From positions 326,272 through 390,271 of the forward strand of contig CBFFRP010000423.1 in NCBI GenBank assembly GCA_965644295.1: a DNA stretch of 64,000 bases, written 5' to 3'. Positions 10,801-23,894 of the stretch are shown in pieces; the stretch's first letter is position 1, and every line of letters starts with the position of its first letter. The notes below the pieces were generated by a model, which saw only the letters and a program-made list of their open reading frames with translations, was not told where the DNA came from and made no database searches. The position numbers and the translations under genes were made by a program. The stretch is from Paraphysomonas bandaiensis. Lineage: Eukaryota; Protista; Chrysophyceae.

Positions 10801-13800
10801 GTGCTAATTGTTTACAGGTGAGCCCACGAGATGTGAAAATAAGAGCACTGGAGGTGGCGGCGCATATTACCCGGGCCATAATGGATGCTACTGGTCATGC
10901 AAATCTAATATATATGGATATCATTGCGAACGATGACAATGCTGAGGGACTTGGAGGTGGATGGATGGCCAGGGGACAGGACGAAGAAGATGATGGGGAC
11001 GATGATAGCAGTGTATCATCTGTGAAGAATGCAGTACGACGAAAGTCGTATAGCATAAAGAACCGTCGAGCGGTGAATATACAGGGGGCGGAGCTTTTGC
11101 AACAAGCAATCAAGATATATCAGGAAAAGGAATCTATTGCTAAGGCTGTCAAATTTCTTATATCGAAGAACTTTATGTCAGATACTCCTCATGAAATCGC
11201 AAGTTTTGTGAGGATATACAAGGATAACTTTGACCCAACCGCAATTGGCGATTTTCTTGGTGAGGGTGGACGCAATGAAAAGGAAGAGGAGTATTGGAAC
11301 TTAATTCGATACAGATATACCCGAGCAGTTAGTTTTGTAGACATGGAGGTAGAGACTGCGCTGAGGCTTTACCTGACTGGGTGCGGATTCCGTATGCCCG
11401 GAGAGGCTCAAAAAATAGACCGATTTATCTCCGCTTTTGTGAAGGTATTTTGGCAAGATAATAGAAATACCGAGTACTGTCCTTTTGCTCATGAAGATAC
11501 TGTGCATCTTCTCTCGTATGCGACGATCATGCTGAACACTGATTTACACAGAGCTAATCTCGATAAGAAGAAGAGTGCGAAAAAAATGACTAAGGTGGAC
11601 TTCATAAAGAACCTTCGTGGTTGTGACCAAGGCAACGATATTGACCCCGAGTACTTAGGGAGGGTGTATGATGACATCGCTGCCAATCGCATTGAGATGG
11701 CCGTAGATAAACCTGGAGATGATGCTACGAAAGCTCTCAAAGAAGTAGCAGATAAGGAATCGACAGTGACAGACCCTGAGACTCATAAACTGTATGTAAC
11801 TGAACTTTTGCGCAATCTGCGCAATTACGAAGATCTTCTTCGTTCCCTTTCTCCTTACACACACAAATTTTATATCATGGGGGTGGATATTAGCATAAGC
11901 ATGGAGCTGGTGTCGTTCATGTTTGAAAGTGTGTGGCATCACTTCCATGCCATTGTGGATGGACTGCTAACTAAGATAAGCAACGAGGAGAACGTAATTT
12001 TTTCTGCCTTGGATGTTCTATGCAATGCGTTGACGTCGTGTATATTCCTTGATCTTAAGGTGGAGAAGCTGGCATTTGCCACTCAGTTGGCACGGTTCCG
12101 TCATATATGTGAGATGGCAGAAGCGTCAGATGGTCCTTCAGCAGGTAAAAGCCTTCAGACAGGCGCTAGCTTCGCAAGCGGGGCATTTCGGAAGGAAAAG
12201 TGGTTCATGAGTGTCGAGCAGTCAACTGCAGAGACAGCCATTACCGCGATTGCTGAGGTTCATGGCATCATTGTACTTCTCAAGGACGTTGTTCGCCTCT
12301 GCGCTAGGCGTGAGGCAACGAAGCTGGTTTTCGCTAGAATCGAAAAGAAGGCCAATTTAAAAGATTCTAACCGTTTTTTTATCATGGAAGGAGACCTGCG
12401 GAAGAAAAGTAGAACTGGAAAGTATTCCCTATATCGTTTTTTTTTATTTTCGGATATGCTAGTCTATGCGCACCAGGGGTTTTCAGAGTATAAAGTACAT
12501 GGCCAGTTGGACCTGGAAAACACGACGCTGGACGGGTATGTGAAGGATGATGCTTCTAACTGCTCATTTTACGTTAACAACCCAAAGAAAAGTTTTGTGG
12601 TAATGGCTGAATCACATGCTGAAAAGCAGATGTGGTTTAGATCAATAAATGATGCTATCTCGACGTTCACGCATCGTCGACAGGGCAGACGACTTTCTAT
12701 TCTTGACCGTATGGAATCTCAAGAAAAGGAAGTTTCCAGCCGCCAAATGTTGCATGAAAGTATATCCGCCAAGTCTTCCAGGAACCTTCTTGGCCGGGCT
12801 GCGTCTTCCACGTCGATACCCGCCATTGATGGAGCAAAGAGTGAGTCTGGTGAAGTTCAGTGCACACCCGACAATGAAAATGAGGTCCCTGCTTCTTCTG
12901 TAGAATCTGAGAGTCCCGGCAAGATCATACAGATGAGTCCTTTTTCTGAGGTTGAGAGTACTGGTACGTGCATCTGTAGGAGCCTATTCGACTGGGGTTA
13001 ATGTATGATATATTCGATTTTGGTATTTGACGTGTTGTAGCTGTAAATTATTGTGTCAGGTGAAATAATGCTTTTTATGTATAGGTGCCAAAGCAGACGA
13101 AAATATAGCAGCTACAAGCACTGATTTTGGTCATGGGAGCGTGCAAGTGGATAAAACTAGCACTGATTTTAGCCATGTGAACGTGCAAGTTAATAAAACA
13201 CCTGTATCTATGGGGTATACCAGTGAACATAATATGAATGGGCTGGAAATAGATAGTTTTGATGAGAGCACGAATGAATTACTGCAAATTGAAGGACGAG
13301 CTTTGTCCCGACGGGATTCGAAGTCTACCCCGGATAGAAATGACCCTTTCGTCTCATACTCAGAAGTGCGTGGGCCGTTTAAAGACAGTGGAAGTGGAGC
13401 GGACCATAGTTGTCGGTCTGTTGGATCTTCGCCATCACCGGAGCACGGTAATGCCAGCACATCACGTGAAGGGTCCCTGAATGGGGACCATGATCCGGAT
13501 ACTCCGATTAACAGAGAAGCCCGTTCTTTATCCGCCTTATCCTCAGATACAAGTCACCAAGAGAGTGATATATCGGAGACTGGCGATGATCCACTCCATG
13601 ATTGCTCAGTATACGTCTCGCAGCTCAATGCGAAGAGACTATCAAGGCTATTTATAAAAGTTAGTAGTTGAGAATATATATTATGTGCTATTGTGGCGTT
13701 AGTTGACAATTTGAGGCGCACATTCTATAGCGATCTAATCTTCTTGTTCACAACAGGGGCTGAAGCAGTGGAAGGATCTTTTGGATTCGAAAGCTCCAAT

Positions 13801-14072
13801 GGCCGATCCTATAAAATTCAAGGTATTTTTCATATTTGGTATATTAATACGATAAATCTTAGCTGGTATGACAGCTCTATGGGTTATATAAGTTAGCTAA
13901 AGATGGGCCAGCGCCGAAGGTAGATTCCACAGAGGAGAATATGGAGTGCATTCAATACAGGCAAATGAAAGCCTGGAAAGAGTCAGGCTGTCTTTCAACT
14001 GTGGATGCGCAGAGATGTTTCATTGTTACACTATTTTCGATTGTCCCAGATTGGGATTACACCGTGAATTAG
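7899..14072 (+). CDS. Large ArfGEF: MABP beta-prism + HUS-like + Sec7 + PH + C-terminal ACBP-like domain
   Basis: Three MABP-type repeats (PITDI..VPEGY..DLNTG). Sec7 motifs FRMPGEAQKIDR and SYATIMLNTDLH. PH: EGDLRKKSR..FFLFSDMLVY..EKQMWFRSI. Exons 7899-12963, 13085-13659, 13757-13822 and 13875-14072 splice in frame into KFKLYGLYKLAKDG..KAWK..DAQRCFI..VPDW. Confidence 0.88.
13114..13200 (+). repeat. 42-bp coding tandem repeat (2 copies)
   Basis: Encodes TSTDFGHGSVQVDK / TSTDFSHVNVQVNK in ArfGEF exon 2. Confidence 0.75.
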
Positions 14073-14385
14073 GTTGCTATTGGCCTATCTATATTATGGT
14101 TTTCGTTCGTAATTACAACTGCATGGTCATATATATTGATAATATAATAATGATACTAGAGTGGAATTATTTCCATGATTAGGAAAGTTAGTCCGGGGAG
14201 ATAAGACTTGCTCCGGAGAAGATAAGCGAGCGATCTATGAAACGACTTTAAATTTCGTAATGAAAACGATAATATAATAGATCTTTGACAGTTAATGACC
14301 CCGCGACATCTGGAAACGCTCTTATATCTTCGAGTCAACAGAAACCTTTGTTGTCTATATCTACTCCGACATCACCCTTCCAATT

Positions 14386-14409
14386 CAATATATTGTTTCC
14401 TAGCCCCTG
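14386..14409. mobile_element. Solo hAT-type terminal inverted repeat
   Basis: caatatattgtttcctagcccctg resembles the right ends at 4818-4839 and 41131-41153. Confidence 0.5.
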
Positions 14410-16319
14410 GTATAATGTATAATCAACTGTGGATGCTTGTTAGGATTCAGATATTAGGGTTTTACTCTGCTTAAATGAGATAGTTCATTAATAAATGTCG
14501 AGACCTCGCATAATTTGGACGGTTTAATCTTATTAACTGAACATAATATGCACTCAAAGCGTAACCTATACATTAATTTAATTACTATCAATCTCACTTA
14601 CCGATCATTAGCATTTACTGATACTGATCGAGAAAATCAATCTCTTTGGCAAATTTTAGTGTGTGTTTTGGAGATTTTAGAGTGATATATAATGATATCT
14701 TGACTTTATTGAAATGCATTTATTTAACGACATATATTTTTATAGTAATATAGATTGCGGGCACGTAGTTTGCATTTTTTTTCACTAAAGGAAGTTTTAT
14801 TCACCCTTGTCAAATTGGTTGAATTTCCTAGAGGTTGAGTTTCAAAAAATCTAGTAATTAATTTTGATGGCTAGAGGTAAATTCGTTAATCACCGAGCCA
14901 TCCCAATCATATTGTGAAAAGTGAAAATATGAATATTTAAGAACTGGATTTTCAACCCCTGTGACTAGTAAATTACACCCAATTGATTACAGGTCCTTAT
15001 AGTAGATCCCGTGAGTAAAACGCATAATAGTATAATATTCTTATTTATCAGAAGAAATTACGAATAATATTATGATATTTTGTACCTCTGAGGCATTTCC
15101 GGAGCTGCTTTCTGTTTTAGGCACTTCAGATGCTGGAGTGTGACTCAGAGAGGGGACATATATAAGGTGAAACTTTCACAAATCATTTTTGTGTGTGAAC
15201 TTAAGTTTAGGTTTATTATGCAAAAAAAAAACTCGCAAAAGTAACTTTTGTTACACTACAACCGAACAGGTAAATCCACTGTAGGAACTGAGTTTTTTGG
15301 GGGCAAGCTTCACACAAGCCATAAACAGAACGCAATTACTAAAAATCCTTTTGAATTATCTGCAAAATTACTTGACTTCGTGGCAAGAGATACTTCTTAT
15401 AGTTATTATAGTGTTTCTTGGTTGATTGAGGTATGGAGTTGCATCTGTGGTGATGCAATGATGAGCAGCAGTTTGCCCAGATCATCGAGCGCTTTGATAA
15501 GATCAATCAAAGATCGGCGTTTAACTCAATTGGAGTAGAAAGTCTCTACGGTAGAGAAAACCAATTCGAGAAAAGCCATACCTGCTTCTTCAGTAAAAAC
15601 TTCCTCCAAAAGAAGATATATTATTTTATTTTAACTAGAGGTACTATATATATCATGTCGATGATCAATAAATAAGTGGTCTAATAAGTATAATACTTAT
15701 CCAGTATGCGTCTATCCAGTATTTAAATTATCATTGACTTGGATTTGATGTATTGGAATGCTATATATAGAAGTCTAGTTGCATTGGGGGCGTTGATATA
15801 GCAGTACTGATTATATATATCAGACCTTGCAACAATACATTAGCCTAGTGTTGCGAGACACTCACTGAGATTGCGGTTTGTGAGAAGAGACAGATAAATA
15901 TAAGCGTTAGATTAAGATTATCGTCTTCTTGAAAAGAGGATAAAAAGCTTTAAGGGTTAGGGTCTGCAGGATTGACGCATTACCTTAGCTGAATAAATGA
16001 ATAAATAGCCCGACTTCCTGATGTAGTACTACCATATTTGGTCAGAATATGTAAAACATTTGCTTATTTTATTAAAACGTCAATTATGCTGTCCTCAGAA
16101 GTAGAGTGCCCCGTCAAAGAAAAACACAATTGACAGTTATTTTGAGTACATTGACATGCATTACACAGAACTAGAGTATGCAAATCCACAAAGAAGGTCC
16201 GCCTGGTAAATACTTGGAACTATTCGATTAGGGTTTGGGATTATTAGAAATAATACTTTCTCACCACAAACTGGGGCGTGGTAATAGTCCTACGACATTG
16301 AGTGGAAGTTCTGTTTATA

Positions 16320-18488
16320 TCATTGCTCCCACAGATTAATATCCTCAATGTTTCCCATATACAGACGTATCAACGCTTCTTCCACCATCGCTTCGTAGCT
16401 ATCATAATTGTCCCTACAATATACACAGTCCTCCCCAGCCCTGATACTGCATTCTGCAATTTCATTGGCCACCTTTAATTCCTCCGTGGACATGAGGCGA
16501 CACGGCATCTCATCTAGCCCACAAAACTTTGGACTGGTCGTTTCTTGTTTGTTAAACATGTTTTGCTCACACTGGGCAGCAATATATCCTATAATGCGTC
16601 TGTTGATGTCGAAGGCGGGGCAGCCGATCGGCATTGTCAAATTTCTGGAGTTGAAACGCTTAACTACAATATAATGGGTGTTGGTGCCTCTCCCTTCCTG
16701 AAACATGAGCACTTGTTAAAAATTCCCACGAATACTATACATACGATATAATATCATTTCTCGAGAGCGTGCATGCACCTGTGGGGTTGGAGGGCCGAGG
16801 CTATAGCTCAGAGTCTCGAATATATCCGCAGTAGTAGCTCTATTCATACTTGGTATCGAAACAGAACTTACATCTCGATCTCTTGGGGGGATAGAGAGGT
16901 TATAATATCCGCCAGCAGACTCATCCCCAGTAGCCATATTGGAACTCTCCCTGTCACGAGCTGACATTGAGAGGTTTAGTAGTAACGCTGATCCCGTCCG
17001 AAAGCTCTCACTATCAGAGCGTTCCCTTGAGAGACCTCCAGAAATACTACGTTGTGGACCGTTAGTTACGTTCTTCTGGTTGTTTGCAATTTGAGGTCGG
17101 TTTCCTGTGGATGGTGCAGAAGCCCCAGCTGCCACAGAAGTGGTAGAAACGCTTGTCTCAGGTACATGCAATGCATGGTAGAGATAGTTGGCACTAGGAA
17201 CAGCTGCATCATTAAACCGCTGCACCAATTCATCAATTACAGAGTTTGGGTTTGTCATTTCATATAGCGGCCTAGTGCTTCCATCTGGTTGGCGCTCGTT
17301 ACCATATTGACGCCATTTCATTACCAGCATACTCTCAATGGCAGTATACATCCAATCAATCATCGCGGTGACGGCAGATGACGGTGAAAGTGCAGCGTTT
17401 CCTGGTATAGTAGTGCTATTTGCTGGAAGTGATAGAGATGAAGGCAGCACAGAGCTCGCAGAAGACTTCACATCTGCATACGGAAATTAGACACTGCACA
17501 GAAATGTGTCCCATCGAACTAACCTGTTCGTTGCGTACTACTCGGTGGAAGTAACGCATGAGAGTTTGACATAGCCAAATCCCTTGTCCTCTTTTGTCGA
17601 GTAGAAGCATTTATTTTGGACCGGACTTCAATAGGTATGCTGGCTGCAGGAGATATGTCGCTATTGAGAGGATGTTTCCCGGTGTCTGGAGACACTTGTA
17701 TAATGAATGATTGCTTCTGGTGATTCTTAGAAACATCCTCGATACGTAAGCGAAGGAGGGCTTTACCAGTTTCATCGATGAGCAGCTTGTTATCCGGATT
17801 TATTTTCAAAATTTCCTGCCTAAGTACTTTCATGCCACTCTCGTACAAAAGGGAAACCCGAAGGGGCACTTTTCGTGCAACAATGAGCTCGTTGTTAGAA
17901 TCTCGCAAGCCCAGATGTAAATCAATACACTTGTCCTTCCCTCCCTCATCCTTATACCAAGTACCACGAATGTTGTGTTCTTCAATCGTGAGGCGATAAC
18001 GTATGGCAAGCATGGGCTCCGATACTGCTGGTGTGATGTAAGAGCCATCGCCTCCTTCACAAGAGGCGTGAAGAACGAACTTTCTATTTTCATAATGCAT
18101 CGAGAGGTTAGCAATTTGCATTTGAACCGTTGCTGTTCCTGTTTTGGCAATAGTGAGGGGTTGACCACCATTCTCAATCACCTGAATATACACACTGAAA
18201 ATATTCATAAACCAAAGCGATAAATATCACCAGAATATTATCTTCACAATCTTTCGGCGGTTTCTCATCAAAACACAGCTTTAGGTACAAGGGGTACTCC
18301 TCACTATGAGTTATATATCACAATATCGTGATCGAAGAGAGGAGGTATAGAGGCAAATATACTCACCCACATTTCAGTTGATTGGAATCATCTAATAAAT
18401 GAATAGCGACACCAAACGAATTGTTGACGAACGGAAACTTCGGAACATCCCCAATCTTCAGTCGGAGAGAAGGCTTGTCCCTCGACAT
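16320..18488 (-). CDS. Multi-exon protein with tandem CudA/STAT-like beta-sandwich domains (putative transcription factor)
   Basis: ATG at 18488 with GT-AG introns near 18304-18366, 18182-18230, about 17474-17522 and about 16700-16745. Repeated motif QIANLSMHYENRKFVL / RIEDVSKNHQKQSFII, plus WYKDEGGKDKCI. The last exon's link to this gene is inferred. Confidence 0.6.
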
Positions 18489-18866
18489 GGTTTGCAACCC
18501 CTCTAGAGATAGCCACAAAGATCACGTGGATATATGCGTAAAAGGATGGGAGAAAATTGTCGGAAATTCTGCCACTATTTCTGTGTCTGTGAGACTCAAA
18601 AAAGAATACGGCTAATTTGAATCTAGACTGTACGTACTGCGGAAGTTATAATAGAGCTGAAATCTTTAATCGTCAGAAACTGAAAAGCAAGTATCGCCAG
18701 AAAGGAAGGGTGTGTGGGAAGATCCATATGGCTGTGAATCCAGGAGTGTGAGTGGATGTGTATCCGCCTCTTGTGTTCACATCATATCTCTTTGTTCACT
18801 CGTAACATCTAAGCTGTAAACACATCAACCTCTTCCCTTTATTGATTGAAATTACAGTGTATAGAG

Positions 18867-19799
18867 ATGGGTTGTGGATCAAGTAGCTCAGCTGAGGGAG
18901 CTGAGTTGGCGAAAAAACAGGAAGACGAGAGATTTGAGCGAGAGGAGAAGAGGAGGCTAGAAAAGGAGCGATTGCAGAAAGAGAAAGAAGATGAAGAGCG
19001 AAAGTCTTCAACTGAGAATAGGGCTGCTGAGTTGGATAAACAAGCGAACGAGGCAGTTGCTGAAGGAATCGCGAATCGAATCGCTGAAGATCTCGCACAG
19101 AAGAAGATCGACGAATCACGAGAAGCCGAACAGGCTGCTAAAGAACAACAGGAAACTCAAGTAATGGAAAGTTTTAAAGGCATGGGGGCCAAATTAAGAT
19201 TTCGAGAGGCTTTGGCGCATGGAAATATGGATATGGCACGTGATGCTGGCGCCAACATGTTACAGGGAGCATGGCGTGCCAAGATCGCTCGAAGGAAAAT
19301 GGAAGCTAAGCGTGCTGAAAAGCAACGACTGTTAGAGGAAGGATATGTGCGTAAAATACAATGTAGATATCGGGCTCGACTAGCCCATAAACGGGTGGAA
19401 GAATTGCGAGCTGAACGCCTACGGGTATTGCAAGCCGCTACCAAACCTGTGCAGATTGAAGAAGTTAATGTGCAGTCAAGTGGGGTGCCGGCTATGAAGG
19501 TTGGATATTTGCAGAAGGAGGGCCATGTAAGAAAGAACTGGAAAATTCGGTATTTTGTTCTTATGGCTGATGATTCGGGTGGCTCTACGTTAAAATACTA
19601 TGTTAAGGAGAAATCAACCCCTCCATATGGTGAGAGCGAGAAAGGGTCCCTCAATCTTAAGGGATGCACTGTCAACGTGGAAAACGTATACGCGGTGCTA
19701 ACAACTGACGGGAAGAGTTTAAAAGTGAAGTTTTCTGGTGCCGAGGACAGACATTCTTGGATGAGTGCTATAGAACAGCACATTCAGTATGCCTCTTAG
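18867..19799 (+). CDS. N-myristoylated/palmitoylated coiled-coil, IQ-motif and PH-domain protein
   Basis: MGCGSS start. IQ motifs LQGAWRAKIARRK and IQCRYRARLAHKR. PH: KVGYLQKEGHVRKNWKIRYFVL...DRHSWMSAI. Confidence 0.88.
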   Translation: MGCGSSSSAEGAELAKKQEDERFEREEKRRLEKERLQKEKEDEERKSSTENRAAELDKQANEAVAEGIANRIAEDLAQKKIDESREAEQAAKEQQETQVMESFKGMGAKLRFREALAHGNMDMARDAGANMLQGAWRAKIARRKMEAKRAEKQRLLEEGYVRKIQCRYRARLAHKRVEELRAERLRVLQAATKPVQIEEVNVQSSGVPAMKVGYLQKEGHVRKNWKIRYFVLMADDSGGSTLKYYVKEKSTPPYGESEKGSLNLKGCTVNVENVYAVLTTDGKSLKVKFSGAEDRHSWMSAIEQHIQYAS

Positions 19800-19851
19800 A
19801 CAGACGTTCTTGGATGAGTGCTATAGAAGAGCACATTCAGTATGCCTCTTA
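19746..19851 (+). repeat. 53-bp tandem duplication across the stop codon
   Basis: 19746-19798 and 19799-19851 differ at 2 positions. Confidence 0.95.
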
Positions 19852-20649
19852 ACTTAAGGAATCATGATATTGATATGGATTTTATTTCACTGTGCCATAC
19901 TATTTGTGTCGTTTACCCTATAATGTTATTTTCACCGTGGTTATGTTCAATTAGCTCTTGGTACTTGTCCGTTACTCTACCCACGGATTTTTTTAATATA
20001 ATATTATTACACTTTAGAGTGAAAAAATGTATTGGAGATGATTAAAGTAGTGCTACTGTCATACAACTACAATCGCTGCCGAACTCTAGAACTCTAGTAC
20101 CAAAGTAATGTACTATTGTATAACATATAATATCGTCAGGAAACTAGATATAGTACAAGTATGTACAATATCGTCTAATAGGCCACATTTGTTGCTGTTG
20201 TCAGCAGTGAAACCAAGGTGTTATGTGTATCAAATAGTAGTCACAATATTTTAATTTTACCCTACTTCTTTAACATGAACTTGCGCGTTACCGTCAACTC
20301 TAATTCTGTATATAGTATTAAAGGCTGCAGCAAGTGCAAGTATCATTAAGGTTGGGAGTTGGATATCTGCAATAAAGGCAATCAACGAAAATGAGAATAT
20401 GCTACATAATTCGAATATTATAATATCAACTTAACTCAGGCAACAAGGCATTCAGAACGTCGATGTAAATTAAACGCCCGTGTGCACATTCCCACGGAAA
20501 GTCTTGTCTCCTAGCACATGCATTTCAATTTTCAATGTTTCAATGTACCATTACGCGACCGATTTTTTTGCTATCGCGTCAAAAACGTGGCAACACAGGA
20601 CTGAAATGTAGCAACACCCAGCAGAAACCGCGGGTTCTATGCTTACTAC

Positions 20650-21143
20650 GTGTAAAGCGGAGACATCAGCTCGTCTTCCTCTTCCACTACCCCAGCCTCA
20701 GAGGATATGTTACGATGCCAACTCCGTCAGCTACTCCTCTGCCCCAGGCCCAACTCGCGGCCCAAGCCATTCCAAGACACGTTGGAGTCCCAATCTACCC
20801 CCTCACCCATGTATCTCAGGCTAGGAACACTCGACTCACTGATACAGAATCCTCCTCCACAAAGTCCTGCGGTATCCTACCCCCAGGGGCGTTCCCCTGA
20901 CTAACCACTTCTGTACTTCAGGAACTCACGTCCACAGAGAGCTTCTCCCTCACATACAAGAGCGAAAGTGGTCGCACCTTGGTACTTGCGACGACGCACA
21001 AGCAGCTTCAGTACCGTTACATAGTAGAATAGGAGAATTTGTACCTGTTAGATGCAGGTAAAAGTCGATCTAGTTGGACTAGTCTTCATCTAACAACTTA
21101 TCTGGTGATGGCTGTTGACGCCTACTGCTAATAATAAGACTGT
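20650..21143 (+). mobile_element. 5'-truncated LINE 3' remnant
   Basis: Encodes LGTLDSLIQNPPP..YPQGRSPD*, similar to LGALRTLIQNAEPPP..HPKGRPPD at 33351-33435. It is followed by the family 3' module (20960-21143). Confidence 0.7.
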
Positions 21144-22107
21144 CATATGCACTTCTCCTGCATTGTGCAACATTATCACTTTCGGGTGGATGATGATCTC
21201 ACTTCTTTTTTTGTAGAGCTTTTGCACTAAAGGTAAAAATCCCTATTTTCACGGGATCAACAGTCATTCACAACAATGCGACGCTATGGTAATAGCTTCG
21301 AATCTAATAGACTACTAAAGATAGAGAACACGACCTTACAACCTTACTTGAGCAAGGTCGTCATATATAGCATCGTCCAACTAAAGAAGGAGAATGCTCG
21401 GTACTAAGGTCAAAGGAGTACTCTGCGAAGAGATGCGTTGAGAATCGCACCGCACCACGTAGACATTCCCAGGGGTAGAACTATCCGCAGAGAGGATGCC
21501 AAGGCTTCGATACAAAAGTAAAATGTCCACTTGTTTCAGTAATAACAGCTACTTCTGTTTGTTCTCTGGCATGTATTCTTGCTTGTCAGGAGTGTTTCCT
21601 CACAAAACAATGTCGCAATGAAATGCTTTCACTGCAGAACTTCCTCTGTGCACGAGAAACACCACTCTAGAGTAGCACTGGAGCCATCAAATATGAGGAG
21701 TGTCGTAGTGCATCATCCACACAGATATTCATATATATAGTCCTCATGATTTCTACATTTCTAATTCACTGATTCAGATCGGAATGTGTGTATTACGAAT
21801 CCGCAGAGTAAAGCCATATTTCATCGATCTACTACATCGCCATGCATTAATACATGAGCCCGACGATCCAGCCATGTCAAGGCAGAAATACCAGTGACAG
21901 CCAATCCAATGATAAGCAAATGCATGCAGGATAATATCCGGTTCGTGGGGTTTCTTGCCATCTCCTGTCCGATATCTTTATATTTTGGGCTCTTGAAGTC
22001 CAAATATCCAGATTTTTGATTTCTAGATTTCAAAAAATGAAAAAGCTGGAGATGAACATCATCATTGTGAAAAGGGATGAATGTGACATGGACCTGGACA
22101 CAAAGCA

Positions 22108-23346
22108 ATGAGGCTAGCTCTGTGGATAATTTTGGGATGTTTGGTGTTAACCAGAGCCTTCCCACAGTATCCAGTCTATCTTCCGTTCAGGAGAACTGGA
22201 TCTGGGTCTGTCACACAGTTTTTAGCCAGCCAGTACCATAGTCGACTCATGTGGTGGAATAGCGAACCCTTAGAATGCTCTCGAGGTCCGTTTGACTATC
22301 GTAGTACATGGAATCTGTACATGAATAATGTTATAAGCCATTGTCTGACCTGTCGAGATTGCTCTCCTGCTCTGGTACTTCTCGTTCGTAACCCGGTGGA
22401 TAGATTTATATCGCAGATATTCTTCCACTACTCTGATGTATATCGCTATTTTAAAAATTCTGATTCCGCAATAGCGCTTGGAGTAATGCGAAAACTTTTG
22501 TTCTCGTCGAAGACAGTAACACCAGATGACATGATAACACTGTTTTATTCTATGCGCAATGTATCGAATCTAAACCTGTATTTGTATCCGTATGAGCAGC
22601 GCCTATCAAGATCTATAAATGAGATCTACTATCCATCGAAAAAAGGTTTAAAAGCCGCTTTGTCAGCAATTGACTCTGAGTTTGCTGTTGTGGGCACAAC
22701 GGAGCGGATGTCGTCATTTTTGGTCCTTCTGTCGCGCACATTTCGCACCAAACTTTCTCGTTACTATGTTCGAGATAGAAAAGACCATGGACATAACGGG
22801 GGTACTAATTTTTCTACTTCTAAAGGTACTTTCGTTGGAGGTAACGATTCATCTACTGAAAATAGTGACAGTTCTGCGCAACGAACTCACAATATCCAAC
22901 TATTCGATGGTGATGATGACTTCTATAACGAAGACTGGCGACAACTAAATCTGAGGCAGGCCTGTCGTTATCATCTCATCCATGGAATGGGAAATGGATA
23001 TCCACTTTTACGTCGCACCCATCTTCCGTCGAAGACAAAGTTATTTACGGAAGACGCCATTGCGGCGCTACAAAAGGAACTCCTGCAGGAGTGGCAGATA
23101 TGGAGGTATACCAATAGAAAGCACAAGGAACAACTTCGATACCAACAGTTAAGTAATGAAGACGCTAGTGATATATGGAATCGTACATGTAGTGGAGTTA
23201 AGCGAATAACATTTCTCTCTGACTTGAAACAAAAAGTAAATAGAGGTCCTAAGCCTCCTGCTAAAAGGACTGGAAAAGATGTGAGAAAGGGACGCCGTGG
23301 AGGGAATAAGGGAGGTTTTGTGCATACAAGAAAACCAAAATTATAG
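22108..23346 (+). CDS. Secretory-pathway sulfotransferase-family protein
   Basis: Signal peptide. 5'-PSB-like VYLPFRRTGSGSV, 3'-PB LVRNPVDRFISQ, and FAVVGTTER. Confidence 0.72.
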   Translation: MRLALWIILGCLVLTRAFPQYPVYLPFRRTGSGSVTQFLASQYHSRLMWWNSEPLECSRGPFDYRSTWNLYMNNVISHCLTCRDCSPALVLLVRNPVDRFISQIFFHYSDVYRYFKNSDSAIALGVMRKLLFSSKTVTPDDMITLFYSMRNVSNLNLYLYPYEQRLSRSINEIYYPSKKGLKAALSAIDSEFAVVGTTERMSSFLVLLSRTFRTKLSRYYVRDRKDHGHNGGTNFSTSKGTFVGGNDSSTENSDSSAQRTHNIQLFDGDDDFYNEDWRQLNLRQACRYHLIHGMGNGYPLLRRTHLPSKTKLFTEDAIAALQKELLQEWQIWRYTNRKHKEQLRYQQLSNEDASDIWNRTCSGVKRITFLSDLKQKVNRGPKPPAKRTGKDVRKGRRGGNKGGFVHTRKPKL

Positions 23347-23894
23347 TTTTAGTATTAGCACATTGCATAGCACCCGTGCTATGGAATATTATTGTTCTGG
23401 ACATGTATTAGTGATTCATGGACGAAGTACTTTTTCCACATTATTTTGTGTTATAAATCTATTAAATGGATCATTGCATTACAATCATCATCTGCTAAAT
23501 TTGTTCGAAGCCCACAATTATATATTGCTTGCAGTTGCAAATACTTCCTCTTGTCCGAATACATGATGAAGTTACTACTCTGAGCATATTCGTCAAGGCC
23601 AGATACTTTGTGTTGATATCGAACTGCGGCAGCCACAGAGTTATAATAGAAATATTTGGTAGTAGTTCTTATTGAAGTATATACTGGAGTAATGTTTGTC
23701 CAGTGGCATTGACTCCTCTACAGAATATAATAGTATGAATATTTAAACTCACATATATGTGTCTCACAATTAATCAATACTATATATATTATATTCATTA
23801 ATGCCCGAGAATCAAATTCCATGTATAAATAACATTTCAGTTCCAGTATTTGTACCTCCTCGTTCGAGAAGACGCAACTGATCGAATCTCATAT

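Noticed and set aside
8193-11948. Many antisense ORFs over the ArfGEF (and likewise over the other long genes)
   Set aside because: Shadow ORFs of real coding sequence with no motifs.
15248-15620. Possible gene in the 14.1-16.3 kb spacer
   Set aside because: Short, interrupted by stops, with no recognisable motif.
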